Assembly (NCBI GenBank): GCA_020536535.1
Contig: JAHLWZ010000941.1
Coordinates: forward strand, 1 to 40,140
Direction: 5' to 3'
DNA: 40,140 nucleotides
DNA from: Pelomyxa schiedti
Taxonomy: Eukaryota; Protista; Evosea
The notes under the pieces are model-generated. The model searched no databases, was not told where the DNA came from, and was given only the letters and a program-made list of their open reading frames with translations. This document shows, piece by piece, positions 33,502 to 40,140 of the stretch (the stretch's first letter is position 1; every line of letters starts with the position of its first letter). Made by a program: the position numbers and the translations under genes.

Positions 33502-35262
33502 ATGGCAGGCGTGCCGGCACAACCGCAGACCAGCGCGTCGCCGTACTTGGTCGCGACAACAACCTCTACAACAGCAACCAAGGTGTGCTGCTGCGCGATA
33601 GATTTCGGCACATCGTCCACCGGCTATGCATTTCGTGACAGGCGCCAGACCCGCAGCCAACACATTGTAATGGCCGAATGGGGCACACAACTGCACCCGA
33701 AAACGCCGACCGAAGTTGTTCTCGCCGCCGCGCCGCCTCACGCGCTCGTCGAATTCGGGCACCACGCGAGAAGGTTCATGCAAAACGTCGATTTTGAGGA
33801 GGCCCAAAACGTTTTGCACTTCAAGGGGCTCAAAATGTTGCTTTACGGGAGTGACAAGAAGACTGAGGTCTTCAGCACGAATCAGCCGCGTGTGTCGGTG
33901 CCTCTGAAGCACTTGGTGACGTGCATTCTCAGCCACTTGGCTCAAAAGGCTCTGGCTCAGATGAGAAGGGATTTTCCGACCGAGATGGACGACGTTAGGT
34001 GGGTCATAACTGTCCCCTCAATTTGGGATCAGAGTGCAAGAGCTTTCATGCAAGAATGCGCCACTGGAACAGGGATGAAGGAGGTGATCCTTGCTTTGGA
34101 ACCAGAGGCTGCTTCTCTTGCCGTGAAGGCTGAACTGAACTTGCCCATCGGCACCAAATACATCCTCGTCGATGCGGGTGGTGGCATCGTCGACATCGCG
34201 GTGCACGAGTGTATAAGTGAGACTGAGATTGCGGAGCTTCACCGTCCAACTGGTGGCCCCTGGGGATCAACCCTCATAAATGAACTTTTCTTTCAGCTCA
34301 TGGGGGATGTATTTGGGGAGGATGTGGTAGCCAAGGCGCAAGAAGACCCCGGTATATTTGACTTGGAGGACGACGTTGAAAAAATGAAGCTCACTCTTTC
34401 TGATACGATTCCAAGACAGATAATTTCAGTTTCTTGCATCGTCAGCCTCCTTCCACAGATGTCAAAGCCACCTTTTTCGCAACTAGTCGACATCTTCAAT
34501 GCATCTCATCCCGGTTCTCCTGTTATTTCCAGGAATCAGGGCAGTAGACTCATAGTTGATGCCTCACTGATTAAAACCAATATCGGGAAGCTTGCCGCAG
34601 CAACAAGCGATCATATACGAGACAACTTGTTGCCATCACTGTCTGGAGTAAAGGTTGCTTACCTTGTTGGCGGTCTGAGTACGTGCCACCATTACCGCAA
34701 AGTTTTTAGGACACAGCTAACTGCTGATGGTATATTGGAAGTTGTGGTACCACATCAGCCTTCCCTTGCTGTATTGGTGGGGGCAGTGCTCTATGGGGAG
34801 TCAGATAGGAGTGTGAAAAAACGCTGCATGCCATATACCTATGCAGTAGGCACAACAGACCTCGCACTCCGACACCCAGGAAGGCCCACATTCCAAGTTG
34901 ATGGACAGAGGTGGTGCAATGTACTTCAAGTCCTAGTCAGAAGTGGTGAGCCACTTGACAGTGACGAAGAGATTTCTCTGGTTTTTTCACCCATTAGTTC
35001 TGACCAAAACAACATCACATTTGATATCTTCAAGTCCAAAAGTCCAACTGTGAAATACCCTGACGATCCAGGAGTGGAATTGATCAAAGCGGGACTGCAA
35101 GTGAATAACCTCCCCGGCGTTGGTCTCCCTGTTCAGCAACGCCCACGTGTTACACTGCAGTTCAAATTTGCCTCCACTATCATTACTGTGCAAGCTGTAT
35201 GTCCTGGCTTTCTCCCTGTGATCGCCATATGGAATGAGGGTGACTTAAAAACTAAAGGTTAA
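33502..35262 (+). CDS. HSPA12: HSPA12-type atypical Hsp70 (intronless ORF)
   Basis: AIDFGTSSTGYAF, KTPTEV, VRWVITVPSIWDQSARAFMQECA, LALEPEAASL, YILVDAGGGIVDI, GGPWGSTLIN, YLVGGLS, PSLAVLVGAVLYG. Confidence 0.88.
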   Translation: MAGVPAQPQTSASPYLVATTTSTTATKVCCCAIDFGTSSTGYAFRDRRQTRSQHIVMAEWGTQLHPKTPTEVVLAAAPPHALVEFGHHARRFMQNVDFEEAQNVLHFKGLKMLLYGSDKKTEVFSTNQPRVSVPLKHLVTCILSHLAQKALAQMRRDFPTEMDDVRWVITVPSIWDQSARAFMQECATGTGMKEVILALEPEAASLAVKAELNLPIGTKYILVDAGGGIVDIAVHECISETEIAELHRPTGGPWGSTLINELFFQLMGDVFGEDVVAKAQEDPGIFDLEDDVEKMKLTLSDTIPRQIISVSCIVSLLPQMSKPPFSQLVDIFNASHPGSPVISRNQGSRLIVDASLIKTNIGKLAAATSDHIRDNLLPSLSGVKVAYLVGGLSTCHHYRKVFRTQLTADGILEVVVPHQPSLAVLVGAVLYGESDRSVKKRCMPYTYAVGTTDLALRHPGRPTFQVDGQRWCNVLQVLVRSGEPLDSDEEISLVFSPISSDQNNITFDIFKSKSPTVKYPDDPGVELIKAGLQVNNLPGVGLPVQQRPRVTLQFKFASTIITVQAVCPGFLPVIAIWNEGDLKTKG

Positions 35263-35290
35263 ACACATCCACATAAAATATAGAGGGCCC

Positions 35291-36649
35291 ATGCTTACAA
35301 AAAGAAAACACGCAGCCAGAGGTAACCCTTAAGGGAGAAGTTGAAAAGTCTACAAGACACGAGGTTTCTTCCCATTTTACCCAACAACACACTGAACAAA
35401 ATCAATTAAACATACCCCGCCCCTCAGAATGATTTTAGCACAGTGACATCACTTATCTCAGCATCTGCCAGTGATTTCAGGGCAAACAAACTCCTTGGAA
35501 CAGGCTCTAATGCAGCTGTATTCGAGGTTAAATATTGCTCCCTTGACAGCAGTGCAACAATGTCACTGTCCCCTTATTGTGCTATGGCAACATCAACCGA
35601 AGTAAAGCAGTACATGGTGATGAAGGTTCTCTTCAACTGGGAGAACACACTACGGCAGACAATGCTGAGGCAGAAATACATGGCTGAATGTGTGATTCTC
35701 TCCTTGGTACCCGATCACCCAAATGTGATTCATCCTCTTGGCGCTTTTGTCATCCCTCGGTAATTTTCACCCTGTAAAGCAGGATTAATGTTCAACCAAC
35801 ACAGTATCCCCGCTGATTTTGTGAACAAAATAGAACAACCAGTTTACCGAGAACTCTGTAACAACCCGTCACTTGCCATCCCTCTGCCCCATGTTGGGAT
35901 CACCATGTCATCGTTCTTCTCGTCGCTGGTGAATGCCTCTAATGAAAAGATGGCTGAGGTTGCACAGAGCTTATTTGTTCAAGGCCTCAAAGCTATACAC
36001 CACATTGAGTCACATTCCGTTGTTCACAGGTTTGACTGTGTCTGTGCAAGTAAGTGACTTTCCTCCATTTGATTCCTTTCTTTACAGGGACATCAAGGCA
36101 GACAACATCCTTGTCGACCCAGAGAGTGGCAAACTTACCCTGATTGACTTTGGCGAAGCACAGCACTGCCCCAACATGGAGGCGATGATATCATCCACAA
36201 CACAACCATGGGGCAACCCAGGAACCATCCCCCCTGAGCTCAGCAGTTTCCTCAAGAGGCTCACGAGAGGCACCAGTGGAATGTTCTCATACGCAAAGTG
36301 TGACTCGTTTGCACTGGCCCTCACTTTCTGGGATACCCTTCTTATGCCACCCTCCCGCAAGTTCATTGGGAATTGGAACCACGGCATGAGTGAGTTCAAC
36401 ACCCTCTCACTCCTCCAAGAGTTCCCGGTCCCGTTGTTTTCTGCATCATCATCATCACTTCCACCCAAAGAAAACCCAGCAACAGCGGCGCGAGTAGTTG
36501 AGATCAGCAACACAGCATGCTTGTTGAAGGAAGTGATGATCGAGATGATGAACCCAGACAAGGCTGCAAGACTCACTGCCTTCAGTGCCATCTTGACTCT
36601 CACCCCTCAGACTGAAAGCACAATGACTTCCGGTGATAGGTCAAGCTGA
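35291..36649 (+). CDS. Ser/Thr protein kinase, PINK1-like; possibly the 3' part of an HSPA12-kinase fusion
   Basis: LLGTGSNAAVFEV, MVMKVLFNW, HPNVIHPLGAF, VVHR|DIKADNILV, LIDFG, WGNPGTIPPEL, KCDSFALALTFW, MMNPDKAARL. Confidence 0.85.
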
Positions 36650-36933
36650 AGACCAGAGTGGAAAATGCTATCACGTGCATCCCTCCCGTGTATACACCCA
36701 ACTATCCACCAGGAACCTCACCAGTGTCGAAGAAGTTCCAGATCAACTTGGTATTCCGATTTCTCTGGTCTGCGAGAGTTCTAAAGGCAGTTGGCTCCAA
36801 ACTCACCACCCACCCTCAGGGTTAACCAACCGGATTAATGAAGTTTTAAGGAAGACTACATCACCCCTGTGCAGGCCTTCGTTTCACCATTCAAAATCTT
36901 TGCTTCGTGGAAGTAACCGGCTTGATTTCTCTT

Positions 36934-38376
36934 ATGGACCCAGATGATACGGCGGTACATGAGATCCTGTGTGGGTGGTACCCGGAATTACGAGTGACGT
37001 CGCTACGGCGAGTGGAGCCTGGTGGTTTTGTGGGTGTGGGGTTTATGGCTTCGTCCGAGGTCTGCCGTAGATCTTTCTTCGTTAAAGTCTTCCACGAGAC
37101 AGCACACCGCGTATTAGTTCCGGCCAAAAAAAAAACCCCCACCGTTTCGTATCACTGAGTTCCCACTTGCGGGCAAAATAAAAGGTGGCACTTGTGGAAG
37201 CAACGAGGTTACACTTCAGCCTTCCTGTGCTTGTTAATTTGAGAAATCTACTTCTTTCTACTGGTGAAGGGGAGAGACTTGGAATCAGTGTACCCGAAGT
37301 GATTCCGCCTTGCGCAATGTAATTTACTAATTCTACAAAAACTTCTATGCATCGCCACTGAATCCACCATAAGGACCAAACTCTCTGGGACCATTCGTGA
37401 TGACATTGAAGTGCACGACTTGTTTGTAAGATACCTTCGGTTTTCCAACTGGAATTCCGTTGTTGTCTATTCATTTGCAGAGGGGGAGAGCATTGTAACT
37501 CTAGATCCTTTGGTTGAAGAGTCCGCTACTTCTACCCTTAAAGTAGTGGCACGGTTTCTCGCTTTCATTCACTCTCATACTTCTGTGCTTGTACCGCCTT
37601 CATTGCTCGAAACCCTACTGGCTCAAAATGTAAGAATGTCTCCCAGGTTTCGTGTGATTATTTATGGTTTTAGGTTTGCACCACTCAAGATCCGAGAACG
37701 AATTTCATAGCTACAGACCAATTTCTTTGGAAGGGTATCCCTCTTTCCTTTTTCTTGAGGATTAAAAAACCCAAAGATTTCCAGAAACTTCAGGAGAACA
37801 TAAGTGTAATCCTCTCGGGTGACGAAAGTTCCTCTAAGCTCTTCACATTAATTTCTTCCAACTTAAAGCAGTTGGAATGTATCTTAGATAGCTTTCGTAG
37901 CCTCCAAAAGTTTATCACAGGCACTAGGATCGCACCTGTACTGTGTCACACTGACATACATTGTTGGAATATGCTGAAAGATCACAATAGGAGCAATCAC
38001 ATCACTATTTTGGATTGGTTTGTACCGTTACACCTTCTCCTATTCTCATATCTCCAGGGACGGAGCAGTTCTAAGCGCACCCGAGCACGACTTGTTGTTT
38101 TTCAGTGATGATGCAACCTTTCCGAACTTCATTAGCGAGTACCGCATAGCACTTGGACATTATGGAGGAACCTCGTGCCATGTGAGTGCCAAAGCTCTTG
38201 CTTTCTTCGCCACTCGGAGAAATCTCGAAGACCTTTTTGACGGGATCGACAGGCTTTTGCACGAGAGCTGCACACCTGAGCAAGTCTCGGAATATCTTGA
38301 AGGCATACAGAGCGACTGTATCGATTCCTGGGACTACCTTAATCCCAGTCCGGTTGTAACCAAGTACTGTACCTAA
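36934..38376 (+). CDS. Aminoglycoside phosphotransferase (APH/choline kinase-like fold), APH(9)/spectinomycin kinase-like, intron-containing
   Basis: FFVKVF, VARFLAFIHSHT, Brenner motif VLCHTDIHCWNML, ITILDW|DGAVLSAPEHDLLFF, LAFFATRRNLEDL. Confidence 0.82.
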
Positions 38377-38929
38377 GTACCTTCAAATAAAAAACTGGCT
38401 AATACCCTTTTATCGAATTTTGGGGATTTCTCCACCATAAACATGTAAGCCAGATAGAAAAGGGTCTTAGTCAAACCGGAGGCACCCAACCTTTGGCTGC
38501 AGTTCATAGCTTCAACTTTCACGTTATCTGGCTGAATGCCCCTACGTACTTCCGTTTGGTTGTTGCCATCTTACGTTACATAAGGTCCACTTGACTGCCC
38601 AAGTACGTCCCATCACTTTGCTAACTCGATTGTGCTTCTCCGACAGTGGTCCCTTGGTGAAAAATGATAACAAGGTGTCTTCATCTCCTCGTGAGGCCAA
38701 AGGCATCTGATTCTCGAGGTCGCACTACAAACAGTCGCAATCTACGCTTCGAATTTTCTGTTCCAAAAATACAACTGCTCGACTAGCCGTTACGCCTTCG
38801 GAATGCCTTGTTGTGTGTTTTTTTTTTAAAAACCAAAAGGAGAAAAAAAACTACAAACAGACAGCCAGCGGTGCCGGTTTTGCAACACCGACAGCTACAA
38901 ACGGTGCCGTACGCGAGCGATTCCAAGGT

Positions 38930-39080
38930 CGTCGTGAGTGCTGCGCGGGACGAGCGAGGTGGCGGCGCGCGGTGCGGTGCGGGGGGCGGGACTCGAGTGC
39001 GTCGAGACTGCGGTGCGGTGCGGCAGCGGCAGGGGCGGCGTCGTGAGTGCGGTGCGTTGCGGTGCGGTGCGGTGCGCCGT
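38930..39080. repeat. GC-rich island with (GCGGT)n microsatellite and duplicated GTCGTGAGTGC
   Basis: Runs of gcggtgcggtgcgg at about 38968, 39010 and 39049-39077; gtcgtgagtgc occurs twice. Confidence 0.7.
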
Positions 39081-39345
39081 GGTTGTTTCTCGAGGGTACG
39101 TCGTATTCTGTGTGTATCTTTTTTTATTCAAATACAAATAGAGTGGGGTTGTGTAACCAAGTAAATTACAAATTAATGCAACAATAAAGAATAAATCGGG
39201 GGCTAGTAATTCACATAACACAGAAGCTGAAGGCATACTTCCACTGAACTCGGCATAGTTACACTGAATTTGTACTCAAACCTACAGTGTGAGCGATATG
39301 TAGAAGATATACAATACAAGATGGAATACATTAGTCAGCAAAACT

Positions 39346-39877
39346 AACTCCCCTTTGTATGTTCTCTTTCTCTTCTTTCTCTCACACACCAGCACAAAGA
39401 GGTGTGTTGGCACACATCACCTTGCACAAACTGCAAGTTCTCCACACGCCAATTACCTTCCTGCCTCACACCTTGTTGACTTGCTTGGGTCTCTCGAGGA
39501 GAGGGATGCATAAGTGGGCAAAAGGTTGTGGGGGTGGAAGTAAGGTTGGGTGTGGGTTTTGTGGTTGGGAGGTGATGCATGCCAATTGCACTTCTTCTCT
39601 AAACTCCCCTTTGTATGTTCTCTTTCTCTTCTTTCTCTCACACACCAGCACAAAGAGGTGTGTTGGCACACATCACCTTGCACAAACTGCAAGTTCTCCA
39701 CACGCCAATTACCTTCCTGCCTNNNNNNNNNNNNNNNNNNNNNNNNNNNNNNNNNNNNNNNNNNNNNNNNNNNNNNNNNNNNNNNNNNNNNNNNNNNNNN
39801 NNNNNNNNNNNNNNNNNNNNNNCACACCTTGTTGACTTGCTTGGGTCTCTCGAGGAGAGGGATGCATAAGTGGGCAA
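39346..39877. repeat. 256-bp tandem repeat (at least 2 units) spanning an assembly gap
   Basis: aactcccctttgtatgttctc... starts at 39346 and again at 39602. The sequence after the N-gap resumes exactly at the next base of the unit. Confidence 0.92.
39723..39822. other. Assembly gap (100 N)
   Basis: Run of 100 N. Confidence 1.
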
Positions 39878-39911
39878 CCACCCAAAATGAAACATGTTTC
39901 ATTTTGGGTGG
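39878..39911. repeat. Perfect 34-bp palindrome
   Basis: CCACCCAAAATGAAACA|TGTTTCATTTTGGGTGG; the two halves are exact reverse complements. Confidence 0.95.
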
Positions 39912-40140
39912 CCTGACTCTAAGCGCAACAGGACTTTTACTGTTGACAATCGTTTTTACACACAGGATGCAAGGAAAGAAACAGTGTTTTATGCGTACAC
40001 CGGAATGCGTTTGCCACTGGAAAAATTTGAACGCGAATGGTGTTTTATTTTTAAACACAAATCGGAACCGCGTCGTGTTTTTGAATGGGGCTCCTTTTAA
40101 GCGTTGGTTTTTTTTGAAAAAATATATGACAAAGCAAGGG

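Noticed and set aside
33502-35262. Bacterial DnaK contamination (intronless Hsp70)
   Set aside because: The motifs are HSPA12-type (VRWVITVPSIW, LALEPEAAS) and the ORF is embedded between intron-containing genes.
1-38376. Stop-codon reassignment or pseudogenes as the explanation for fragmented ORFs
   Set aside because: In conserved genes (Rab1, WRNIP1, roadblock, NIF3) the interruptions I traced are cleanly removed by short GT/GC-AG introns under the standard code.
38400-38760. Possible short minus-strand gene or tRNA
   Set aside because: Only a roughly 54-codon ORF with no motif is present, and I recognised no cloverleaf or T-loop consensus.
39346-39877. CRISPR array or protein-coding ORFs across the repeat and gap
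   Set aside because: The units are 256-bp identical copies without unique spacers, and the long ORFs exist only because Ns are translated as X.

Overview
Gene-dense, intron-rich eukaryotic DNA in the standard genetic code. Introns are mostly about 30-130 nt, with degenerate GT donors, some GC-AG introns and frequent AAG acceptors. The style suggests an amoebozoan protist such as an archamoeba (inference only). About 19 protein-coding genes can be assembled by hand from fragmented ORFs: a FYVE-like zinc-finger protein (partial), Rab1, a Rho-like GTPase-Kelch-F-box-Hint(Vint) fusion, a hypothetical protein, WRNIP1/Mgs1, an F-box-PPP phosphatase with a tail anchor, a Cdc123/R2K ATP-grasp protein ending in CCLC, NIF3, an RS-rich NCoR/Snt1-like SANT protein, an RDD-like membrane protein, dynein roadblock light chain, two orphan membrane proteins, a His/Met-repeat arrestin, a membrane-anchored beta-amylase head-to-head with a GCKR/MurQ-like protein, an intronless HSPA12 abutting a PINK1-like kinase, and an intron-containing APH(9)-like phosphotransferase. 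The window ends in a 256-bp tandem repeat spanning an assembly gap and capped by a perfect 34-bp palindrome. The most striking item is the SCF-type adaptor with a C-terminal Hint autoprocessing domain that retains the N-terminal catalytic residues. Exon boundaries are manual predictions and family calls come from motif recognition, not database searches.
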